DNA of 64,000 nt. It comes from Octopus bimaculoides. Its lineage: Eukaryota. Location: contig NC_068982.1 of the NCBI RefSeq assembly GCF_001194135.2, positions 167,440,824-167,504,823 on the forward strand. Reading direction: 5' to 3'. Under the pieces are notes generated by a model. It had not been told where the DNA came from and searched no databases. It saw nothing but the letters and a program-made list of their open reading frames with translations. Shown piece after piece: positions 1 to 12,011 of this stretch (position 1 is the stretch's first letter; every line of letters begins with the position of its first letter). The translations under genes and the position numbers were made by a program.

Positions 1-97
1 TGCCATTAGACTTTAATCCACATGAGATGAAGTTTGACTAGTATTGGCTTAAAATATCAAATGTTATTCCTTTCCTATGTGTCTGTTTTACTTACAG

Positions 98-109
98 AAA
101 GCAAGTCCA
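98..109 (+). CDS. Candidate 12-nt in-frame microexon (AAAGCAAGTCCA), probably of SLK
   Basis: Long polypyrimidine tract ending ttttacttacag, followed after 12 nt by a consensus GTGAGT donor. Confidence 0.4.
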
Positions 110-559
110 GTGAGTGGTGATTGCAGTGGTAGAGGTGTTCGACACTAACAACAACAACGACTGTAATTTCTTAGGCTTTGTCAATGGTTATTTCAATGGA
201 TGATTGTAATCAATAGTATTTGTCTCTCTAGCTTGTTAATAAATTAGTTTAATTGGAATGTAGATGGAAATTCAAATGAAAGTGATACAGAATTGAAACT
301 ATCACAGTATAAACTTCATTCAATTTATCCCGTGCCAATATACGGTAATGTCTATCAGGAAGAAACTCTCAGGAAAGATTATTCCAGTGAAACTTTGTCT
401 CAAACTAGACGTTTTAAGTTCAGTGGGGTGTTGGAAGAATTATAATCCGAAGAAATTAGTGAGGGTTCTACATTGGTAGAAATATTGTTAAGAAAAAAAA
501 AAAAATACTCATTAAATATGATATGTCTTCAGGTGAGGTGAGTTTCAATGTTTCAGATA

Positions 560-1002
560 AGGCAAAGATGTTTCATCTTGCCTGAAATGTTTGACCTCAG
601 GACGTTGAACCTTTCATGCAAGACGACAAAGGACCGAGATACCTGGTGCCTTGCCATACTCAAGAAGACCTGTACTCTGCAGCAGAAGTGATCCTTCTGG
701 TGATGTAAAGCACTTGTGGTGGCACCACGTAGAAGTGCCTGTGTGGTGCCACATAAAAGAGCCTATGTGGAAACATGTAGAGGTACCCATGCAGTGCTAT
801 GTAAAAGTGCCTGTGTGGTGACACATAAAAGCACCCAGCACACTCTGTAAAGTGGTTGGTGTTAGGAAGGGCATCCAGCTGTAGAAACCATGCCAAATCA
901 GACTGGAGTCTGGTGCAATCCCCCCACCCCAGCTTACTAGCTATGGTTAAACTATCCACCAGCATGGACAATGGATGTTAAATGATGATGATGATGATGA
1001 TG
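560..1002 (+). mobile_element. RTE 3'-end-derived repeat with internal GGCAC..AAAAG minisatellite and (GAT)n tail
   Basis: Frame DLRTLNLSCKTTKDRDTWCLAILKKT resembles an RTE C-terminus; a related inverted copy lies at ~11222-11660. Confidence 0.55.
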
Positions 1003-2335
1003 GTTACATGTTAAACAGCATTTGGTCTCATTCATTGATAAGTCTGAACAAATACATTTTTGGGAATTTACTAAGGAGAGTGGGTCACAGAGAAGAAATT
1101 AAAGAATCTTTATATTTTGTTCATTTTCTTGTTTTGTTTTGTTAAGAAGAGGATGATGAAAGCAGCTGAGTGGTGATTAACAGGGAATATCCTATTACTG
1201 GTACAACATTGTGATGTGGTCAAGGCTTTCAACTCTCAGTAGCATAGTCCACTTAACTGTAAGTAGATCCCACATGATAAGGATAACTCAGTAAGCATAG
1301 CTAGTGTTATTCCTAGCCAAATTTACCTGAGATTCACTATACGATAATGTAGTCATCAGTGGATGTTTCTACTACCCTTTAAGGTCATAGATTCACCCAT
1401 GAAAATGATGATGTAGGCCATTATTGATTACTTATGGCAGAGTTATTCAAATAAAGTTGTATTGTGGATTTATGCAGAGGTGTCTTTTATAGTACCAACT
1501 GATTTATGTCCTTGTATTGAAAAAAATAAGAGAATAAAGAAGTGAACTTCCTAGATCTTTTGAAATAGTTGTTTGACAAAGGGAGAATTTAGAAAAGGTT
1601 AGTAAGATTACTAACCTTTGTTGGGCTTTTTAATTGACATGACATATAAATAAATATTGTGCTGTAGACATGTATAACACATGTCAGCTTTGAAGAACAG
1701 TATATTGAAGAAAAAAGACCAAAAAAGGTTTGGAGTTTGTGTGACGGACTTTGAGGATAATTGTATGCTCTTGTGCAGTGGGTGCATGTGTGCGATTAGT
1801 TATGGGTATGTTGTATATAAATGAATAATGTGACTGTTTCTTTTGACCAGTACAAGGCTCTGTATATTCTAAGATGGGGTGTTGTGATGTAGAGTCCTTT
1901 TCCAAGAGAAAATATTTTAAGCTAAATGGCTTGCATTAAAGATTGAACTTGTAGTGTACTTAACAAGTGTGAGTGAGAGAGAGAGAGAGAAAAACAGAAA
2001 GATAGAAACCTAAGTTCATGCATCTTTTACCTATCCATAGGCAACTCGAAAGACTTTGTATATATTTTGCTGCAAGTTTTTCTCTTTACATTCTGCATCA
2101 GTTTCTTGGTATTTTTGTTTTTGATTGATTTATTTTTTTTGTTTTGTTTTAAAGTTGCCTGTCTCCTTTATTTGTAAATCGTGTAACTTCTAAAAGACCC
2201 AACATCTGCTTGCTATCTTTGATATGAACAGACGGCAGTTATTGATATATTCTAGCTTACATTGGCTTTGTAAATATAGTTTAGTTTTATATACATGCAT
2301 ACACACATACTTTGACAACTTTGTGTTGCAGTTGC

Positions 2336-2370
<35 letters not shown>

Positions 2371-2577
2371 AATGTTATTCAGTTACTGCTGCTACTATTG
2401 AGGTTAGAAGTCTCACATGTTGTTCTTCTCTATCATAATTTTGGGAAAAAAAATATATAGTAATCATCCTTATTAACCTGAGCTACTTCCAATATTCTGA
2501 CACCATTACTCACCATTTCAAGTTGAATGACACTTGATCATGCTTTTGCACATCACTTAGACTCTTCTAGAATATCA

Positions 2578-2614
<37 letters not shown>

Positions 2615-3096
2615 GTCCATGTGTGCTTTGAAAGTATTTAGTGTGTTCATTTATAGGCTTTTGTATATTGGTTTTATTTTATTTTTTCTAATGAATATTG
2701 ATTACAAATGTGATGTCATTTTGTGTTTTTACTCGTGACTGTCAATAGACATAAATATCACTGAATGATTTTTGTACATGGACTCTCTCCTGTTTTGTGT
2801 GTCAGTTCCACTTTTCACTTGCTTATTCATTTCTGTTCTCTCTCTCTCTGTATGCAGGTTCTGTGTAACTGTATACGTACATGCACCCATGTGCGTGTGT
2901 GTATATGTATATATGCTTATATGCCTATATATGTAAATATGTGTAATTTTAATTTTAGACTCTTGTTTACTCGTTACTTCAAAAAGTGTTTATTTCATTT
3001 CAACAATGATGATGATGATGAACTTTAATCAATGTACATAAATACCTCAGGTTTATGTAGAGTACTATTTTTGAAGTGCACACGTGCGCATGCACG

Positions 3097-3140
<44 letters not shown>

Positions 3141-4103
3141 CTCTTATATGGAATTGTTGCTTTTCACTAGGTTGTGATATGCTTATGTTCCTCTCAGCTG
3201 AATGTTTATGGACTATTTGCTACACGTGTTTTAAAAAAAAAAATGAGAGAAAAAATAAAAAGATAAAAAGCAAAAAAAAAAACAAAAGACAAAAAAACAA
3301 CAAAAAAACCCTCAAATTTGTTAAAGGGAAAGGAGATAGGATTTTGCGACATTGAAATAATTTTCAGTGGATCTTTATTAATGTAAGTTGCTATTAAGGA
3401 ATAACATGAAGACCAATAATAATAATAATAATGGCACAAGGCCAACAATTTTGAGAGGAGAGGTTAAGTTGATGACATCAACCCAGTACTAGGCTGGTAG
3501 TTTATTTTAATGACCCTAGAAGGATGATAGGTGAAGTTGACCTTGGGATTTGAACTCAGAATGTAAAAAGCCAAAGGAATAACCACAACATTTCTTCAAA
3601 TATTGTAATGATTCTGTTAGCTCACTACTGTAGTAGTAGAAGTAGTAATAGTAGTAGTAGTAGTAGTAGTTATTATTATTACTATGGTTTTATTTGCTGC
3701 TAAGGATGACGGGTATGATACAAAGACAGTCATAAAATGTTATGGGTACATAAAATCAAATGAGTAAAACATAAATAATAAAACAAACAAAACAATTACT
3801 TCTGACGTCATTTTGTAAACAGACACAAAGAAATCGAAGGAGATTTCATATTGCATGTGTTGCTGCAAATGTATCGGAATGCATGTATATGTACGTAGTC
3901 TTCTGTATGACAGAGGGCACACTTACTCAACCTCATGCACGCACATTTGCTCTCTCTACTCTCTCTGTCTCTCNNNNNNNNNNTCTCTCTCTCTCTCTCT
4001 CTCTCAGTGCAGCTATACATATTCTAATATATACTTTTTTTTTTACAGATGAGGTCACATACAATGCCTTGTTTCTATCTTGCCTCTTTCAGCACTTTCT
4101 TTC

Positions 4104-4158
<55 letters not shown>

Positions 4159-4230
4159 NNNNNNNNNNTCTCCTTTCACCAACACAAGCTGTCTTGCTCA
4201 GCTATTTGTTTCCTTCTTTCATTCACCACC

Positions 4231-4283
<53 letters not shown>

Positions 4284-4917
4284 GAAGACATGGGAGGGAC
4301 ACACAAATGTCGGCAGCTCATGATTTTGAGTTCAGTTCATGTTGTAAGTTGGTTTTGTTTGATGTCTTCATTTCTGATTTTCCCACTAATTGACTATGTA
4401 CTAATTGCCATACATACTGATTTCAACCTGGGAACTAAGGAAATTTATTGCTCCACCTCATTTTTACAAAATACCACCTTGCAACTCATTGGGTCATAAA
4501 CCAATGTGAGAATCTCTACAAAATCACTTGGCTTGGGCTCAGTGCTGCAATTAGATACAATCCATATAGACTATGACAAGATCTTTAGTTTAAACAAACA
4601 TCTTGATTGCATCTGAAAGAAGGCCATGCTGCTGATTGGCAATGACTCACTGACCAGCACACTGCAACCTCTGGCACATTAATACTATTTCAGATTGCTA
4701 CAACACTGACCTGTGCTCCTCTGAACTAACTGTTGGCTGCTGATGCTGAATTGGGTACAAGGCCAGTTGTTTTGAGGAGAAGGATTTAGATAATACCATT
4801 GACCCCAAAAAGGGGTCGACATCAGTAAGATTCAAACTCGGATTGTTAAGAGTCACAACCATTATACCGCAAGGTATTTACTCCAATGCTCAAATGATTT
4901 TGTCAACTTGCTGCAAT

Positions 4918-4965
<48 letters not shown>

Positions 4966-5085
4966 TTTCAAACTTTGACACAAGGCCAACAATTTTGGGG
5001 TGGGGATAAGTCAATTACATTGACCCCAGTGCTCAGCTAATACTTATTTTATCTACCCTGAAAGAATGAAAGGCAAAGTTGATCG

Positions 5086-5134
<49 letters not shown>

Positions 5135-6093
5135 TAATAATACTTTCTTACTTTGGAACAAGGCCAGCAATTTTGAGTGGTGGGGAAATTGATTACATCT
5201 ACCTGAGTGCTCAACTGTACTTATTTTTGTCGACCCTGAAAGGATGAAAGGCAAAATTGACTTTGGTGAAATTTGAACTCAGAACACAAAGCTGGAAGAA
5301 ATGCACAAGACTAGAAATTTGACTGGAGGCAAGGAGGAGTTAGTTGGTCATACCAACTCTAGTACCTGACTCTTACTTTATTTTAGTAATCCTAGAAGAA
5401 TGAAAGGCAAAGTTAAACCTGAGCATTTTGTTCAGAAGTCTTGTGATTTTTCCATAGAGAGATATAAATAGTAATAACGAAGACAGCAAAAGTGATGATG
5501 ATGATGATTGTTGTTGTCATCATCATCATCATCATCATCAAGCTAGATGTCTCTATTAAAGCTTATGAAAAAAATATTTAATAACTATGATTTTCATTTC
5601 CATAAATAGGAAAAATTTTTTTTCTCCTAAAAACATTTTTTGCTTTGCTGCTAAAGAAGGATTCTTTTTCTGTTTGTTCTTCTAGTTCAGTTCTCAGCAT
5701 GATATACCTCTGTTAATTCATTAGTTTTATTCATATGGCAGTATCTTCTCTCTTGAACTAGATTTGTCTGTCTTTTTTTTTTCTTTTGTCTTGTTCTGTT
5801 GTGGATCCTGAACAACAATTGATTTGTCTGTCTCAATTGTTTTCAAGTTGAAATTTATAAGAAAGGATAGAGTACCTTTTGTTAGAATTTTAATGAAAAT
5901 TTTTACAGAATTGTCCAGAAATCTGAAGTTATTGCAGTTACCAAGGTAACTGTTTATTAATCCTACTGTAGTGTTTAACGCAATTTTTTATTATTATTTT
6001 CTTTTAAAAAAAAAACTTTTACAAAAATTCTTCTTGTAGTCTTCATCTTCTGTCCATTGTATTATAATTCTTGGTTAAGAATAAGAACAAGAG

Positions 6094-6132
<39 letters not shown>

Positions 6133-7126
6133 CTCTCTTTCTCTCTCTCTTGTTCTTGGTTTCTATGTTTGATTAGATATCAGCTATTGTTGTTTTCATG
6201 CTTTATCTCCTTCAACTCCACTCCAAGAACTGTTTTTAATTTTGGAATAGATGTCTGTCCTAGTCTATTGGAAACTTTGTTTTTACCTCTTTGTTTTTTT
6301 TTTCTTTGGTTTTTATATTTAGCAAATTTCAGTAAAATTTGTTGTTTTCTTTTACCATGGTAGCTATTCAGCTGTTTTAGAAATCAAACTAAAGCCAAGT
6401 GGAATTGTGCAGTTCTCAGTTCTTATTCTTGTCTTCTGTTGACCACTAATTGTAATTTAACCAGAAATGTTTAAATATTTGGGAGCTTTTTCTATGTTAA
6501 GCAGTACTTCATCATATTTTCTAAAGCTGCCTGCCTAGTTGTATTTCAGTGTTTCTGAATATGTTGCTATTTGTTTTTACTATGATAATTTTTATTTCTA
6601 CCTCACTCTCTTTGCTTTATCTGTCTCTTTCTCTTGTTCTCTATCTCTCTTTCCTTCTCATTACCATGTCAATTTCCTATATAGTTATCTGTTTCTCAAA
6701 GTGACATTTATTTCAATAGATTTTTATCTTTTTCTTTCTAATTTCACCATATCTCTTATATCTCTTCTTAATAAATGATGCTGATGGTTATACAAATAAA
6801 TAAATAAAATATAATTCTCTGCTGGAGGTAAATAGAGTTAATTGAGCACTATGAGGGAAGGGCACATTGGGAATATGAAGTAATGTTTTCTCCATTTCAT
6901 TACAAGAGTGTGAAATTCTCCTATTACAAACAACAATATGGGCTGTGATTACAACAAATTTAATAATAAGCACTTTATTACTTCCAACTGCTTGCTGCAA
7001 GAACATAATATCTTCAGTTGTAAAGGACATTGGCATTGGTCCTCTTGAACCATTGACCTGCTTGATTATAGTCTCTCTAGCCCCCCNNNNNNNNNNNNNN
7101 NNNNNNNNNNNNNNNNNNNNNNNNNN

Positions 7127-7167
<41 letters not shown>

Positions 7168-8810
7168 TCTCCCTCTCTCTCTCTCCCCCCTCTCTCTGTA
7201 TGACATACATGCTCATATTCCTCCACACATTCTTTTCTACTCTAGGCACAAGGGCCCAAAAAGTTTTGGAGAGGGGTCCAGTTGATTAGATTGACTCCAG
7301 TATGCAACTGGTACTTAATTTAGTGACCCCGAAAGGATAAAGGCAAAGTCGACCTTGGTGGGATTTGAACTCAGAATGTAAAGACAGACGAAATGCTGCC
7401 AAGCATTGTGCCTTGTGTGCTAACGTTTCTGCCAAGGCACTCATGTATCCATACATACACACGTCTGCATGTACAGACACATTCTCTCAAATACTCATAC
7501 ATGTACAGTTGAACTATGTTGCACACTCTCATACTACTACCTAAGCCTTGACACTCAATTAGTGATATTGTTCATGGGCACTCATGTACTTCACTGACAC
7601 TCATTCACTGTTACTTACTCGCACTAGCTAACAGTCACCTATTCACAAGCACTCATTCACTGACTTTAGCTTATTTAGGCACAACCCTTACTCAGGCTCT
7701 CACTTGATCATAGACATTCACCTGCTCACATTTATGTACTCACTCAGCCTCAAACACAAATGCATGCACTCAGCGATACTCATTTACTGACACTAACATA
7801 CACTCGCATAGTGACTCTCACAGACAGACTCAGTCACTCAGGGACATTCACTGACGCTTACTTACAAAAGCACTTAGCTGCTCACTCAGTCACTGATGGA
7901 TACCTACTTGCTCACATGCACATACATGAAGCTATGTGATTATACAGTCTTAAATAAATACATACAGATACATTTAAATACAAAATCATTTGTACTGTGA
8001 CACATACACATATACAATATCAGCTTGTGTAGGTGTATGTGTTGTGGTACATCATGTAAACTTCAAGTGGAGCCTTTTAATTGCCTCTATTTCCTTTTCC
8101 TTAGTAATTATTATTACTATATATATATATTTTACATGTTAATATCGCCCATTAGCCTAGCTCTGCTGTGGTCATTTTGCTTTGGTCAACAGAGTTATGT
8201 GCTTCTGTCAGTGTTTCTGTCTACTGCCTTCAAACCACAATGAATGTTTACTTCCGAAAGTGTACTGGCAATGTGGGCTGGTAGAAATTAGGTAGGAGAA
8301 TCAGGATGCTTCTAGCATCAATATTTATTATGATTATTATTGTAGGAACTATGTATAACTGTTTTTATTTGCTTTTCATCATCATCATTGTTGTCCCTAT
8401 CATCATCACCATTGTCTTAGAAAGGTGGTAGAGTGGTAGGGGTTACTGTTTCAGGTGAGATGTTGCCTTACAATATTTTTTTTGTTTTGTTTTCTGAACT
8501 CAAACCATATCAGGATTGATAAGAATGATGTTGATTTATAGATTCATTTACTGTTATTGCTCTCACCTGCAAATGTGTAGCCATGTGCAAATGTATCAAA
8601 CTATTATTAATAGATGGTGGAATTGGTTGATGAAGGACAAAATTTCCTTGTGGTATTAAGTTAACATCTCTTTATGTCCTGAGTTCAAATTCCACTGGGA
8701 TTACTTTTACCTCTGATCCTTTGAAAGTCAATTGAATTGGCTATACCCTTTCCCCATGATTTATGACTGTGGCTATGTTAAAAATCACCACCACCACCAC
8801 CACCACCACC

Positions 8811-8846
<36 letters not shown>

Positions 8847-9188
8847 TGTAGTAGAATACTACTATTAATACTATTACTATTAAAATCTGCTCTCAGGTAA
8901 ATTTTATGAAAGGTGGGTGACTATGCTAAATTTGTTAACAAACGATGTGACCCTTTAGTTTCACCTAGTGGCTGCTGCAGGTGGAGGGCAACTGGCATGA
9001 TAATGATCCTTCATCGTCCTTGAGATATTATCTTTTATTCTTCAAGTATTCATACTATTACATACTATTTTTATGTATTATATTTATTACACCTTATGTA
9101 TTGTCACTGTTTATATGTCGGTAATGTTATTTCTTAAATTTTTTTTACTCTTGCTGCTAATAAAAATAATTGCTGCTTAACATTGCAT

Positions 9189-9222
<34 letters not shown>

Positions 9223-9932
9223 TTTAGGTACGAAGCAAGAAATTTTGTGGGGAGGCAATAGTCAATTAAATCTACCCTAGTACTTCTGGAGAATTAGTGA
9301 AGTTATGTGGTCTTGTGGTTAAGGTGTTGGACTCATGATCGTAAGGTTGCGGTTTCAGTTCATGGACTGGGTGACACATTGTGTTCAGGTATATTATATA
9401 ACTGGTGTATTTTCTATCATCTTAAGTAGAAGTTTAAACTTGGAAATTAGGTGTCTATATTGTGGAATTTGCACAAAGTTATTCAGAACTCTACAAATGT
9501 TGTAATAACAGTGTAAATAGTATTTGTTACTCAATAACAATTTATATATGTTTGTTCATTTGTTTTATGTCTGTTTTTCCATGCTTGCATGCGTTGGGTG
9601 AGTGTTATATGAGGTATTGCTTTACCACCAGACACGCTTCCTGCTGCCAACCATCACTTGTTTTTCAAAACTTGTTTTTCACGTAGCTTTGATGGTATGA
9701 AGTGACCGAACAATTTTTTAACAGACGAATTGACTCCTGCTGTTGTTGTAACTTTAGTACAAGTGATTGCAGATGTAAATAATGCCACACATGATGGCCT
9801 TTTAGTTTATGCCTACTAGATTCACTCACAAGGCTTTGCTCAGCTATAGAAGACACTTGCCCCAAGGTGCTACACAGTAAAATTGAACCTGAAGCTAATT
9901 TCTCAACAATGTAGCCATGCCTGCATCTTGCG

Positions 9933-9966
<34 letters not shown>

Positions 9967-10455
9967 GAGTTTCTATTTTACATTGCTTAAATTATCAAAA
10001 TGATCATGATGAAGTTAACTTCATCTCTACCATTATTATATCTATTCCTGTCATCATCATCATCATCACCACCTGTGTTGTCATAGTTTCTGCCTTTTTA
10101 ATTTCTTTTGTAGCTGATGATGGTGACATTAATATTTGTAGTATCAGTCAGATGATGATAGTAGTCATGGTATTGGTCGTCAGTTGATGATGACTGTTAT
10201 GTGGGTGGTGGAAGTGTTGATGAAGAGGGACTTTACACGAGCTATTTTGTAATTGTGTGAGAATCAAAGTAATTCATATTTCTTGTGTGTGTGTGTGAAT
10301 GAATGAATGAATGAATGAATGAATTATTATTGTAATGCAATTTATTGTTGGTTAACCTGCTGTTCAGTAGCATTATAAATAATTGATCCTTTCATTTTTA
10401 AACAAAGTGAAACTTGATAATGCTAAGTGTATTTATATGAAAGAGAATAGAGATG

Positions 10456-10587
10456 CTTGAGCCATGTTGAGACTTGAGCCATGTTGAGACTTGAGCCATG
10501 CTGAGACTTGAGCCATGCTGAGACTTGAGCCATGCTGAGACTTGAGCCATGTTGAGACTTGAGCCATGTTGAGACTTGAGACATGTT
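10456..10587. repeat. 17-bp minisatellite CTTGAGCCATG(T/C)TGAGA, about 7.8 copies
   Basis: Tandem units read directly from the sequence. Confidence 0.95.
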
Positions 10588-11221
10588 CCTTCTTTGAAAT
10601 GTTTGAGTTGAATTGTTGTTTATAAAATTATCATTAGTTCTCCTAGTGCAGATGGAAATATTAAAAAAAAAATCTTTAATCTCTGAAGACAAGATTAATA
10701 ATCTGAAAAATTATCATCCACATTTACCTGTTGATGCTTTTGAGTAATGACTACAATACAAAGTATCTGTGATGGAATGTATCTTGCACATTAAATATAC
10801 TGGTGCACATCAAAATTTGATATCACTTTGAATCCTAGCACAAATGTATTTTGTGTCATGCTTGTGTGTTTTGATTTGGTAGTGACTTGATAAGGTCACA
10901 AAAAACCAGGAGTGGTGACTGTGATCATCAACATTGCTCAGATCATTTCAAAGGGAAATATTTGTAGTTTATTTTATGATCTATAAGTGTGACTATGAAA
11001 TTAATTGTTGGTCTGTCTGGGATTGAACTGAAAGTATATATTTGAAAAAAAAAAAAAAAAAAGAAAAAAAAAAGACTCAAACTGTTTTTTGAATTCTAAT
11101 TGAAGTGAAATCAAAACAGTCCAGCATTAAATGAAATGTACATTTACAAGGATATAAATGTAATGTTTGCTGATATATATGTGTGTGTGTGTGTGTGTAT
11201 ACATGTCTGTATATGTGTGTG

Positions 11222-11760
11222 TCATCATCATCGTTGTTTAACGTCTGCTTTCCATGCTGGATGGTTTTACTGAGGACTGGTGAGCCAGAAGGCTGCACCA
11301 GGCTCAATCTGATCTGGCAAAATTTCTGCAGTTGGATGCCCTTCCTAATGCCAACAACTCTGAGAGTATAGTGGATGCTTTTATACACTACCAGCATGAG
11401 GGCCAGTCAGGCGGTTCTGGCAACGACTATGCTCAAAAGGTGTTTTTTATGTGCTACCTGCCCGGGATCCAGTCCAGCAGCACTGGCAATGCCCGAATGT
11501 TGTTTTTCATGTGGCACCGGTACATGTGCCGGTAAGGTGACACTGGCAACGAATTGTGCTTTTTATGTGCCACCGGCACGGGAGCCAATCTGTGGCCCTG
11601 GCAACGATCACGCTTGGATGTGCTTTTAATGTTCCACTGGCACAAGTGCCAATCAGGTGGTACTGTCATTGGCCACTGTCGTGTATGCACACTGACATTA
11701 CACATCCAGTGGAGCATACTGGCTTCATTCCTTGCAAGCAGATTTTTACATCTAAGTGAA
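11222..11760 (-). mobile_element. Inverted copy of the RTE-tail repeat plus an adjacent RTE fragment (ASMLHWMCNVSVH)
   Basis: Shares GATGCCCTTCCTAA and the (CAT)n tail with the reverse complement of 860-1000; ASML.WMCNV is an RTE ORF motif. Confidence 0.55.
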
Positions 11761-11938
11761 AACTCTACTGTCTATCATTTATTTCTCTCCTTTTAACTTT
11801 CCTTGAAGAAAGGCATTATCCAAAATGTTGGATTTCCCACTCATCACAGCAAGTTCAGTGTACTATTTTTACCAAATTTATGGTATAATGTCTTGCTGAT
11901 GCAGACCAGCACTAGCCTCTTTCAAGTCTGTTGATTAT

Positions 11939-12011
<73 letters not shown>

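Noticed and set aside
263-541. 60-codon open frame (DGNSNESDTELK...ETLSQTRRFKFSGVLEEL*) that continues after a single TAA, faintly like SLK TLKKTRKF.VDGV
   Set aside because: The acceptor lacks a polypyrimidine tract, the similarity is short, and invoking readthrough or editing of TAA has no support in the sequence.
9300-9390. tRNA gene
   Set aside because: Only a degenerate tRNA-like SINE head with no complete cloverleaf; the same applies to the other A/B-box-like heads in the window.
10456-10587. CRISPR-like array
   Set aside because: Units are contiguous with no unique spacers, in a eukaryotic intron; it is a minisatellite.
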